DNA from: Eutreptiella sp. 'Long Island Sound 2002'
Taxonomy: Eukaryota; Protista; Euglenida
Reading direction: 5' to 3'
Length of the DNA stretch: 64,000 nucleotides
Assembly: GCA_964036045.1 (NCBI GenBank)
Contig: OZ038378.1
Coordinates: forward strand, 25,978,001 to 26,042,000
Shown: positions 36,566 through 47,724 of the stretch, one piece after another
Position numbering within the stretch: the stretch's first letter is position 1
Layout: each line of letters opens with the position of its first letter
Position numbers and translations under genes: made by a program
Notes under the pieces: model-generated
Told to the model about the DNA's origin: nothing
The model's database searches: none
The model's input: only the letters and a program-made list of their open reading frames with translations

Positions 36566-39500
36566 GGGGAAAAAAAGAAGAAAAACCCTCCTATAAGGAC
36601 GCTCCTAGGTCCATACGGAAGAACAAAGATGACTGCAACCCGGACGGGACCTGTGCAGTAGGTCAACCAATGTACTGTGGTCGGTCCCGGCCCACAATGG
36701 CCAGTAGGCGGGCAGTTGGCTCACCATGGGTTCACCATGTGCTCCCATGGGGTGGTAGCAGGTCACTCTGGGTCACCGAATGATAAGTCAAGCAGTGCCC
36801 CCTTTGAGAGTCAGCAGTGGAACCCCGAAAATCCTGATTTTTCAGCCGCCTCCTGCTACATTATGACGACTCCATGGCAGATCCACACAATCCGGTGTAA
36901 ACAGACATAGGACAGCACCCCAGCCATTGGGAGCAGATAAGAGAAAAAGTTCAAGCGTTTAGCCTTTGTGGCAAATCCCCCCTCCCCAATGGGAACTTCG
37001 GAGGTGCCGGTCCCTTGCCACCCCCCCACCACAAACAAAAAATGGCCTATCCGAACCAACATACCCCCAACATGCCCCAGGTGCTTTCTGACGGCCGGGT
37101 TGACCCAACAACATCTGGTAACGTATTGCTGAATCTGAACATGCTGGTATGATTGCCTGGCGCGCTACTTTGGTGTTACAGAGAGCAGACCTCAAAATTC
37201 TGCAAGCAATTCAACCGCAACAGACAACCCCCTCTCCCCAAAAATAGCTGCCTCTCCCCAAAAATAGCTGGGGGTTGGAAAGGCAAAAATTGAAATTTTT
37301 TGGGGAGATATATGTACCTCACATATCATCTCATTTCTAAATGGTGGAATGGACTATTGTGTAAGGAGTTCACAAGAAAACATAAAAGATGACACCCCAT
37401 GGGGTATGCCACACAAAATCCCCCTAAAGATGGGGGACATGAAGGAGGCATGCCTCCTGCCTGCCTTTGATTGAACAACCATTTCGAGGCCCCTCAGCCC
37501 TGTCAACCAAAATACAAGGTCAAAGCAATGACATCACGTGCGTCGGAAACCTACACAAAAACACATTCTGTACAAAGGTAACGCAGAAACCGAAAAAAAG
37601 GTACTGTTTTTTGCGGTGCCCCTACATAAACAATTAGGAAGCTAAATGTTGCACAAGCAATTTGCAGTCCAAACATACACAACTACCATTGTCGGGTTCA
37701 TGACAATGAATTGGGACCTTGCAAACTAAACGCAACCATGCACCTGTCAGGTCTACTTTATTTTGACAACAGGAGCTCTCCAGACGGCACACTGGGAAAC
37801 GATTTGTTTGTATGTAAATCTTTACTTGAAAATCAATAGTTCTTAACATACCACATCAACCAATGACAAACTGATTTTTCATATGGAACAAACATGAAAC
37901 ATTTCCCATCGTCGAGGAGAAAAACAGTGGGTAATTTACAGCACTGTGTGATACATCGTGCGTGCACATCAGCATCTGATACAACACCAACATATACATA
38001 TTCATGCACCCAAATGTGAATGCCACTTGTAGATCCTGGCAGGAGAAACAGCACACAAGATTCAAAACACACTGTCAATTCAGCAGATCCCGGTAGTGTA
38101 ATAACATTTCATGTAGTCATTCATGTACAATGAAACAAAACGAAGAATGCAATCATTGTTAGGAACCTGACAGTGATGGTGCACCACCATTACATATAGT
38201 GTGAAAATAATGACCTGTACAATTGTTGTCAGGAACCTGACAGCAACAACCTGACTTGTGAACACCGCTGAACAGAAGGGATCTTTGTCAGGATCCTGAC
38301 AGTAGATATGGTACAGTATTTGATTAAATGGCACTACATTCCCCAAAGGAACCCGTGCGACAATATGTGTACAGCGAGTCACCATCCACCACAACGACCA
38401 CACCGACCACATGACCGCCCCTGAATGAACAGATAGACATCACACCAATAGCTGAAGCGTGACAAAAGAAAACAAGTTAAAAAAACTGTAAACATAAGAC
38501 ATCATTAACATTCGAAACGATGAATCAACTGCAACCGACACAACCTGCTTCTTAACACCGGCCATCTTCTCCTTCAGCAGTGCCAAACGCGCTTCTTAGG
38601 CTGAGGGACACCGGCAGACTCGTCACTCGTCCTCTTCGAACCAGTCCGCGGCTTACCAGACTGCTTTGTCTCCATCGTGGCAGTCGGCTTCCGCAACGTC
38701 TTGGGTGCTGGCTTGGCCATCTTTTAACTCGGGATCTCCTTCTGCTTAATTGGGGTCTTTGTGTAGACAAGCAAAATGAGATTGAGGGATGCAAACGAGT
38801 AATGCAAGGATACTATCAGGATCCTGACAATAGCAACATAAAAGATTGCCTAAGAACATCATCCAAACCGAACGTTGTCAGGATCCTGACAATGTATACC
38901 GAGTAGGTACAAAAGCAAAATCAGCACATTAATGCACATGAACATATATACCCGGTTCATCATCCTCCCCATCAGCGTCACTAGATTCACGGCCCAGACG
39001 TTCACCACAAGCGAACTTCTCAGCAATGAGCTTGCAATCCAATCGCTTCCAGGAATCCACCTCCTGCATCTGCAACCCACTTTCTCTGACATTGCCTTGC
39101 CACTAGTGGATGCATCCATATTCAAGTGAACGACGCTCAACTCAACATCCGCCGGCAGCAGCAGATCTGCAAGCAGCAAGGCAGACGAAGTGGCTACCGG
39201 CGCCCAAAGAGCCACCACGTTGTCCGGAACCTCAACGTCGGACATCCGCAGAACCCAACTGATGACCTCCAACAGCAGATCCGTCCGGTCAGGCAGGTTG
39301 TACGCCACATACCGCGGATTTCAAGAAAAGCAGGAAAGCAGAATAAAGGAACGCAGTAGAAGTGTCTCTCTCAACAATAAGATGTATCAAATAGGCACAT
39401 ACCTTTTTTGCGCATTTTTGCGACGAGAGGATTCGCATCGTCTTCTACGTCATACTGTAGCCGTGGACACCAGACCAGTGTCGTAGAGCGTGATGGTGTA

Positions 39501-40141
39501 ATGATATAGATCAATGTCCAAGTCGTCATCCACCAGCTGCAGGAACGTGCTCACGTCACCAGATTCCCCGGTAATCATAACCAGAAACTCCTCCTTGGTT
39601 AGTGTCCGCGCCACCAACGGATGCACTCATGCACACCATCCTTTCGGCAAACTTACTGCTACGAACGAGTACTCGATGGTTTCAGTGATACATGCATCAA
39701 GACACAGTGAATTCATTGCAATAGCAGGAACCACCTAGGCCTCAGCCGGTAGTAGTTCGTCATGGCAAGTGCGCAGTACATGGGACAGGCAAGGGGTGGG
39801 CGGGTGGGGCCACTGGGCTGTCTAGCCCTAAGAAACAATAAATAACCTGTGTAACATACAGTCAGGCTGGGAGCCAACACAGAAACCACCGTTCACACAG
39901 CAAACGATAGTTTCAGTGATACATGCATCAAGACACAGTGAATTCATTGCAATAGCAGGAACCACCTAGGCCTCTTTCCTGTCCTTATGTGCCTCAACAC
40001 TGGATGCCCCTGGGTGCGCCAGGCTTTTAAAAACTGACAGGCCTTGCAAATAGACTGCTGGTCCCACGAAAAACAATAGGACAGGGAGAGGATAAAAAAA
40101 AAAAATGGAAGGAAACTCGCAGGATCGCCGTGGTCACCACA

Positions 40142-41836
40142 TCAGTGGGGTACAAAAACCACCCCATATGGTTTCACTTGATCCAGAGACTGCGTTAGTT
40201 TAGACCATATATTGGCAGCGCGTCGGGTAGCGTCCCTGATGTGGGCGGCATTGAGGGACCGTACCCGTGACAGTGGGTCAGCGGGCTGCAAGTGGCTCGG
40301 CACCCATGTGACGTGCAGTGTGAGCTGGGACGTCCTGAGCCTGTGAACTACCGTCCGAAGGATGCGTTGCTGTTTCCAGTGCTGCGTGCGTGCGCGCAGA
40401 TTTATAGTACCCCCAATGGTCTGCGTGTTATCCTGGAGCATAGTGACTTGAGGGAGTCGTCTGGAGATAGCAAATTTGACCAGGATAGACATACCATACA
40501 TCTCCGCAACTTGCTGAGTGGAAATCCAGGCTGGACACTCAAAAACCCAACCCCTGCCTGAGGTATAGAGACCCACGCCATAGCGCACTCGACCCCGGTC
40601 ATTGACATATTCGGCAGCATCGACCGCCAGCCATTTAGCAAAGAGCCAGGACTGGGACAAGACAAGTGGCGGCCTGAAATCGGGCATGGCCACAAGGGCC
40701 GCAGACACAAGGGACCTCCAAAATGTACCGGTTACCCGGATATATTCAGATCGATTGTAAGAAACCGCCGTCCAGACCCCAGCCAGAAATGGAAGGTGCC
40801 CCTTCTTGGGCACAGCGAGCCATCCTATAAGACCCAGGACACGTATCACAGTCTTAGTGCGCACAACACGTCCGTGAATATTTATAAGGGCCGAAAAAAC
40901 ACGGGTGCGCAAATACTGAGAGTTGCCTATAGATAGCCGACGCAGATCTATGTCCTTGCCCAACCAGGTGGTGCCCTGGACAGGCTCAAGCTGACTCTTC
41001 TGTGAGATAATATATCCCTGGTGCTGTAAAACCCTCGGCAACATGCGACCACACATCTCCAACCAGGGCCTGTCTTCCTGGACGAAAAGCAGATCATCCA
41101 GGTAGTGGTCATAATCCACCGCACTACCGTCAGTGTTTGGCCTCGGGTGTGGCATGCAAGCCAGGCTGGCGGTCACAGACCTACCCACCACCTCCTGGCA
41201 GATGGCAGGGGACAGTTTCCACCCGAATGGGAGGGAGCGGAGATCACAGGTGGACTCATCCGGTCCCTGGACCCGAAAAGTGCCCCAAGCAGACTCAGGG
41301 AGCCGGAGCGAAGGAAAGCAATTCGTAAGGTCTAGCTTAATGAGCCACCTGTCAGGAGAGGCACTGCGGGGCATAGCTGCCCAGCGAATGAATTTGCTCC
41401 TGAGCGTGTGCAAATTGGGCAGGACCATTCGCGGCTTAGGTCCACAATGGGCCTGGTTGCCTAGGGTACAATTAACAATAAAAGAGCATTTGGTGGCAGT
41501 TTTAGGTATTACAAAAATGGGTGCACTGGGCGCACGTCCGCAACCGCGCATGTCGTCATGAATGACAGACAAGTGACCCTGTCGAATCAGCGCCCAAGTC
41601 ATAGCTAACTCCTCAGGACGAAGGCTTTTCCGGGGCACTTCCACACTGGACATAGCAGAGAGTGCCTGGCGTGTGGCAATGCGGTCCCAAATATCCTGAG
41701 GTATCGGGACCTCCCCTGCGGGCCCCAGACCCATCTCAGCAATCTGAACTGGCACCTGTAAATGGCCCCTCTGGTTTGTACACCCCGGACCTGGAGACGC
41801 CCCCTTCTTGGGACTAGTGGGGGACAGCCAACACAT
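40142..41836 (-). CDS. Reverse transcriptase plus DIRS-type RNase H
   Basis: IKLDLTNCFPSL, LPFGWKLSPAICQ, HYLDDLLF; RNase H residues in AVDAAE, VAEMY, LQDN, QPADPLSR. No methyltransferase domain evident. Confidence 0.93.
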   Translation of the reverse strand: MCWLSPTSPKKGASPGPGCTNQRGHLQVPVQIAEMGLGPAGEVPIPQDIWDRIATRQALSAMSSVEVPRKSLRPEELAMTWALIRQGHLSVIHDDMRGCGRAPSAPIFVIPKTATKCSFIVNCTLGNQAHCGPKPRMVLPNLHTLRSKFIRWAAMPRSASPDRWLIKLDLTNCFPSLRLPESAWGTFRVQGPDESTCDLRSLPFGWKLSPAICQEVVGRSVTASLACMPHPRPNTDGSAVDYDHYLDDLLFVQEDRPWLEMCGRMLPRVLQHQGYIISQKSQLEPVQGTTWLGKDIDLRRLSIGNSQYLRTRVFSALINIHGRVVRTKTVIRVLGLIGWLAVPKKGHLPFLAGVWTAVSYNRSEYIRVTGTFWRSLVSAALVAMPDFRPPLVLSQSWLFAKWLAVDAAEYVNDRGRVRYGVGLYTSGRGWVFECPAWISTQQVAEMYGMSILVKFAISRRLPQVTMLQDNTQTIGGTINLRARTQHWKQQRILRTVVHRLRTSQLTLHVTWVPSHLQPADPLSRVRSLNAAHIRDATRRAANIWSKLTQSLDQVKPYGVVFVPH

Positions 41837-42075
41837 GTGGCAAGCAGCTCAGCAAATTGTAAATGTTTGACAGTGTCCAACACAAACCGAACATATTGAA
41901 ACGAGTCTAACCTACGAACAAACTCCACCGCCACCATAAACACAGCAAACAGAGGCCTCCACAGCTGAGCAAACGTCCAGCGTGGTGGTAGCGCCGAGCC
42001 GACCGCCAAAGTTGGGACCGCCACTGGTGGATTTGACGAGAGGAATAACCATGCGAAGGCCGCATGGACAGGACA

Positions 42076-43458
42076 TCATCGAACTCCGGCCCCCGAGGTC
42101 TGTGCTGTCCTGCGGGCCTTGTTGGCGAGCGACGTGAGTCGGGCGGTATCCTTAGAGATGTTAATCGTGGCTGGTCTTTTGTGCCTGGCCGGGAGTTTCC
42201 GGGGTACGCGCTTGCCGGCACCGACATTGAAGTCCTGGACCACTCGGCTCCCACTCGGTTGTTTCGGTACCTCTGTACGTGGTGGGTTCGGACCTTTGGT
42301 CGATGCATCGGCCCCAGGCCGTTTCTTGGGTTCGGGAAGGTCAGGATCCGCTGACCGCGCTGCCCTCTTGAATCCCTGGACTGGAACTCCCACGTCGAAC
42401 TGAACATCAGGGGCACCAGACTGGATGTCCACGTCATCAGCTCCCGAGTCGTCCGTACACCACTCCAGGGCCGTGTCACGGATGAAGTGACGGGGGGGCC
42501 ATAGGCTGCTGGCCTTGAAGTCCCTCCATTCATAGCGCCAGTCGCCCACCGAGCCTGGAATGATGACTGGCCATGGGACCTTGCCTCTCGCCCATGGCAC
42601 CCCATCCCATCGGGCAACGTATTTTCTAGCCACTCGCAGTGACCTCCAGCGACCCCACTGGAGCAGCTCCGGCATGGTACCGCCTGCGCGCATAAACATC
42701 GTCGCCCCCGCGCGCCGCCACGCGTGCCATGTGATACCATGGAACTCGGTACCCTCGAGGAGTCTGGACATGGTGGCGGATAGGGCCCGAGTGCCCCCTG
42801 CGATGACAGGGAGGTAGGGCGATCGCCCCTGGATGCTGACTTGAAGCCGCATGAAGCCAGATAGTCTGTCAATATAGCTCCCAGCCGGCCTGGTGACCCA
42901 CTGCCGCTTGGTCTTTTGGTCGAAAAAACGGATAGATGACTTGCTCTGGAGTAGGTCGACGGCCCGAATGCTCGCCGCTTCCCCAATTCTGAGGCAGTAC
43001 GCTGTAGACAGGATGGCCAGCGATGTGACCAGGCGTTCGTGTGGTGACTGCGCCCTGCGTCCCATGACTTCCAAGACTTCCAGCGAGCCCCAACGCTGTG
43101 ATCTGCCTGCCCCCGCGAGCCTCTCTTTACCGCGAACGAGTCGCCATGCGTTGGACGGGACAAATGTGGGGCAGATGTCAAGCTCCTCCAGTAGCGTGCA
43201 CGCACTGATTGCCTGTCGCATGCCAGATGCCGTGGTGTGACGTTGAGCCAGCCCGAAAAGGTACTTCCGTAGGATGATCTTAGGGTCCCTGGCGTCCGAT
43301 GTGAACTGTGTGGTAGCCATTGCTTTGATGTGGTTGGCATAGACCTGGAGTGTCGAGTTGGCCCACGATGCGAGTGCGACAGTCCTCCAGTCTGTCGGGT
43401 TTTCCTTCTGGCGTAGGTCGTCAAGTCGTTGGGCCCATTGTGAGAAACCTTCTTCCAC
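42076..43458 (-). CDS. Tyrosine recombinase
   Basis: CLRIGEA (R), DQKTKR (K), WHAWRRAGAT (HxxR), GRWRS (W), RKY (Y). Confidence 0.93.
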   Translation of the reverse strand: MEEGFSQWAQRLDDLRQKENPTDWRTVALASWANSTLQVYANHIKAMATTQFTSDARDPKIILRKYLFGLAQRHTTASGMRQAISACTLLEELDICPTFVPSNAWRLVRGKERLAGAGRSQRWGSLEVLEVMGRRAQSPHERLVTSLAILSTAYCLRIGEAASIRAVDLLQSKSSIRFFDQKTKRQWVTRPAGSYIDRLSGFMRLQVSIQGRSPYLPVIAGGTRALSATMSRLLEGTEFHGITWHAWRRAGATMFMRAGGTMPELLQWGRWRSLRVARKYVARWDGVPWARGKVPWPVIIPGSVGDWRYEWRDFKASSLWPPRHFIRDTALEWCTDDSGADDVDIQSGAPDVQFDVGVPVQGFKRAARSADPDLPEPKKRPGADASTKGPNPPRTEVPKQPSGSRVVQDFNVGAGKRVPRKLPARHKRPATINISKDTARLTSLANKARRTAQTSGAGVR

Positions 43459-43515
43459 CTCATCAGGGGGACAGGGCTCGTGCCCACTGCCCTGCCTGGA
43501 CCCTGAGGAGCCGCT

Positions 43516-44520
43516 TCAGCGCCTGTGGCGTCGGGAGCATTTCCACTCCCAGTGGCGTCCTCCACAGAAATCGCAGTCGCCCGGTGGAGGGCGGTCCGTG
43601 CGCCAGCGTTTGCCACTGGCAAAGACAACGTACTCAATCCCATCGATTGCACAGAAGCGGAATTTCCCACGGTAGTAGTACTCGACCTCGGTATCATCCC
43701 CTGACGAACCAGCAGACTCTGAGCGGGCTGATCTAGATCGGGAGCGAGAGCGGGATCTGGAGCGACGGTGTCGTCGTCCCCTGTCAGATCGGGACCTCCT
43801 GGGTGACCTGGACTTAGAACGGCGCTTTTTCTTAGAACTCTTAGATCCTTTACCAAACCTGGCGTACTTTCTCTCATACTGCTTCTGGGCTTTCACCACC
43901 AGGGCCCAAATGTCACTGGCTTGGATCACAGGAGGGTCATCCAGGATATTTTCTTCAACAGCATTTGACACCATGTCCAGGACATCAATCATCCATCCAG
44001 TTAGACCAGTAGTGGAGTCTCTGTAGTCCTGGATGGTCTGCACAGTGAGGGGGAGCGCCAGCCAGTCCTCCTTGGACGATCGAGATCTCTCTTTCTCCGC
44101 TCTAGCCAACCCCTTTTCCAGTTCCTCGATTTTGGACTCCAGGGCCTTTATGGACGCCTTCTTCTCGGTTTCGGAGGTCGATGATTTGCGTGACCCACTG
44201 GCCTGTCTCAGGGGCATAAATTTGCCGGTCTCTGGCAGGTATCGGGATTTGTGTACCTCTTCCCAGGCGAACAAAATATCTAATATTTTCTCTGGGGGGA
44301 TGTCCATAGCCAGCTGAGTCTTGAGAGCATTGGAAACTTGTGGTACATTGTGGCCAGCCTGCGCCCACCGGACGGACATCTCAGCTACGCCATTGGCGAG
44401 TTTGTCTGGTGACACCCTGGTCACCCATAGTGGAAATGCGTGCTCGACAAACGCCCGTACCGCCGCCAATTCTGGCTCTTCCTCGGCAGGGCGCTTCTTG
44501 ACGTTGTTTTCGGACGGCAT
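43516..44520 (-). CDS. Gag-like ORF1 with coiled coil, RS-rich segment and C-terminal CX2CX3HX4C knuckle
   Basis: First ORF after repeat A1; IKALESKIEELEKGLARAE; RSRSRSRSRSRS; CDFCGGRHWEWKC. Confidence 0.8.
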   Translation of the reverse strand: MPSENNVKKRPAEEEPELAAVRAFVEHAFPLWVTRVSPDKLANGVAEMSVRWAQAGHNVPQVSNALKTQLAMDIPPEKILDILFAWEEVHKSRYLPETGKFMPLRQASGSRKSSTSETEKKASIKALESKIEELEKGLARAEKERSRSSKEDWLALPLTVQTIQDYRDSTTGLTGWMIDVLDMVSNAVEENILDDPPVIQASDIWALVVKAQKQYERKYARFGKGSKSSKKKRRSKSRSPRRSRSDRGRRHRRSRSRSRSRSRSARSESAGSSGDDTEVEYYYRGKFRFCAIDGIEYVVFASGKRWRTDRPPPGDCDFCGGRHWEWKCSRRHRR

Positions 44521-45349
44521 GTCAGTAGTCGATGTCAGTCAAGAGCTCGAGTGCTGTGGAGCAAATATGTGTTGGCACTCTTTGCCAACACAGTCAGTCA
44601 CGGAATGAAAAAGAGGACAGAGAAGGAAACAACAGTCAGATGCAAGGCCACTGGGCTGTCTAGCCCTAAGAAACAATAAATAACCTGCGTAACATACAGT
44701 CAGGCTGGGAGCCAACACAGAAACCACCGTTCACACAGCAAACGATAGTTATGATCTCAGCTGGAACCGTCTTGCTAGGCATGCCGTTGATCACGTGGAC
44801 CACCTTACCGGCTGTACCAGTTTCATGCGGTAGAGTCACGCGATGGAGATCAGCGCTATCACTGCTGTCAATCTGAGATATGGGACAGGAGATGTAATGT
44901 TTGATAATAACCTGATATGCCTATGCGCCAGTCTCAGTCAGGATCCTGACAATGAGTCCCCTTGAAATGTCCCATGGCCTAGTGGACCCTAAACATCAGT
45001 GGCGTTACGTCGGAATTCTAACATCCAATTGCGGGTGTAGGGCACCGGAACATACCGATGGCGGGACCAATGCACGAGACAAAAGTGACCGGAGGGCACC
45101 ATAGTCATTGTAGGACCACAACCCTGCCTTGATGATGGTTCCAATCGGAGGACACGGACACTCTGGCGACCATTCCCATTTGGGCGGCAGGTGAACAGCA
45201 AGATCAGAACCAGGAACTTCATTGAGAATACGCTGTCAGTCTGCACGAGTCCCTAAAGAGGCAGGCATTTGATAAACAATCTCACCCACCTGATAATGCT
45301 GTACATGTAATATGGCAGGGTGCAACAAGTGACCACATATGCAACAAGT

Positions 45350-45977
45350 GACCACATACTTCTAGAATCATGCACTTGCTCGTTTCCGGGGTTCACAAGA
45401 TGCGAGTCGTACAATCGGTCAGCCTTCATCTACTTACAGAGCTTGCACATTGCTGCAACACTAAAGCCGGCACTGGTGATGAGGGCCACAACCTTGTTCA
45501 CCTCCGGTGGTAGCAGGCCCTGTACACAAACGAAGTCCTAGAACTTGGGCTCCGTTTTCTTTCCCAACAACTTGGCAACGGCCTCCACAACAGCGTCACC
45601 ACCCGAGCGCAAAAGCTTTGCAAGCGGAAACCAGCGTTTGTGAATTGTGTTGAATGTCCCGTCTTGCACCGTGTAGGCGGTCTTGGTCATCATAGACTTG
45701 ATCATGTCACCCAGAGGAGCATCATGATGACGGTGCAGCTCACGTTGAAGGCAGACAACACGCTTTTTCATACTGTGTGGGGAGCACCCGTTTTGAATGC
45801 GATTGTGCTTGCCCGCAAGAACCTCACGGATCTCTAGGGGCGTGTCGGCTTTTAGGGTCTAGGACCAGTACTTCACCATGAAGTCGGCCAGTGCCGTACG
45901 GTTCCTCTCGCATTCCGCATACTCCTCCTCACCCGCATAGAAACCATGCTGGCCACCAAGTACTGCGAGACGTCCAC
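45350..45977 (-). pseudogene. Decayed coding block of the palindrome-bearing element; continues through exon-like blocks at ~44870-44751 + 39681-39658, ~39596-39403 and ~39308-38952
   Basis: TTCTTCATTTTAG acceptor at 45978; protein-like GGRLAVLGGQHGFYAGEEEYAECERNRTALADFMVKYWS*...LGDMIKSMMTKTAYTVQDGTFNTIHKRWFPLAKLL; GTAAGT...CTAACCAAG intron at ~39657-39597. Confidence 0.5.
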
Positions 45978-47724
45978 CTAAAATGAAGAAATGGCAATTG
46001 TCTTGTTAGGATCCCGACAACGCTTTGTGTATGTGGTGTCAAATTTTCTAGCAGCAGTGCGCTCACAATCCTGACATTGGCACTGTGTTTCTTTCACAAC
46101 ATGGCATGACTATGTGTGGAATAATATCCCATATCGGACAACGTGCTGTCAGGATCCTAACAATGGCCTAGAGATACAAACACATGGTGACATGTAAAAC
46201 AGCATTATCTTAAATGACAAGTAACACACCGTGTGGAAAGGTCAGAATACAGTTCAACTCATCCGGGGCCACTAACCCTGGAAGCGAAGCGTGAAGAGGA
46301 AAGTGCCGAGAAGAAGGGCCACAAGAAGCACAGCCAGAAGAAGACCGGTCAAGGCGACGACACAACCCAGCTGGCATAGAAGACCTCCTCGAAGCAGCTG
46401 TCTGGTAGCAAAGGCGGAATGCTGTTTGGCGACACACCCACGCCTTGGGACCTTGCTAAGGCCACATTCGACCGTTGGATTCAACGCAAGGAGGTGGTAC
46501 CATGGACTATGTTGAAGGTGGACGACGATCTGAGCTGGGGCTAGACACGATATGTGGATCCGGACGCGTGGCGGAGATCAAGATCAACATGCAAGAGGAT
46601 CCGCTGCGTGCGGGCGGCCTCCAGCTGCTCGCCGTCCGGCGCTTCTTCTTCATGACCCTTGCTCTTGTGCCTCCTGTGTCTGCCACCCTGTTTACCCGCT
46701 GAGGATTGGGACGATGGGGACCGGGAAGACATCATGCGGTATTCGAAGGGAGAACCAACGTGCAGAAGGCCCTTTTAGAGCCTTCCTGGCACAAAAAAGG
46801 CCGCAATTTACAAGATCATCCTGTTGGGCTGTTTTTTGTGACGGTGATTATCAAATGCTTTTTTTTGTATCATTTCTACATGTTGCAACTCGGAATGTCG
46901 TTCAAACATAGCTCTCCGGTATTCATAACTATAAACGATCAAATAACAAAGCGATTCACGGTCGTAGAAAGATACTGGCCATCGTGGCCACACAATTAGG
47001 CCACATTTTGAATGTGCATGACTTGGTGTATTCATTTACACTCCTTCTGTAGGTCATCTTTGTATACACCTGCTGTCAGGATCCTGACAGTAGTTCAACA
47101 TGCACACAACCTAACCCTACCCCTATTCCGATCCCCGAACTGGACAATGCACACCGCACATAGGACAACACATTGCAAGATTCCGTGTTCGTGCGCGGGT
47201 TGTTCAATCACCTGTCAGGATCCTGACAGAGCGACTTCGAGTCGCTATTGTTTGAAGTTTAATTGTTACCTGTCACGTTCTGGCTGACACAATGTTTTAG
47301 CATTGCTATCATAGGGACCTTGTCGCGTGCACATCGCAAACTCAGTGAAAATACAGGCGGAGCAGCCAGTGCTACACCAATAGGGTGCCGAGAGGGCAGT
47401 ATATCGGTGCCATCTTGTATGTTTCATCAATATCCATTCCCATTTTGTTTTGTCAGGAACCTTACGGACATCGAATAAAAAAATTTGGCTGGCGCAGGCA
47501 TGTATCATCCGCCGCAACACTGTCAAGATCCTCACAGACAGCAACATACAGCAACAGCAGAGCACCGCAAGCATGCGCTTTCCCTTGTGCGCACACGTGC
47601 AGTCCCCTGGTACTGCTCAAATAGTGAAAATGTGCTGCATCAGCAAGGTTAGGTGTCATCCACATCTTTCAGCAAATGTTCTGATGTTACCGGGTACTCA
47701 TCCAAATCAGAGAGATCATCGTCA

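Larger units (their letters stand above)
39679..44750 (-). mobile_element. Full-length tyrosine-recombinase retrotransposon (DIRS order, VIPER/TATE-like) with split direct repeats A1...B1-A2-B2
   Basis: A1 44646-44750 = A2 39808-39912 (105 bp, one mismatch); B1 39910-39974 = B2 39679-39743 (65 bp, identical); three uninterrupted ORFs in the order gag, YR, RT/RH. Confidence 0.92.

Noticed and set aside
41907-43877. 656-aa minus-strand ORF overlapping gag and YR
   Set aside because: No recognisable motifs; likely a GC-rich shadow frame of the recombinase gene.
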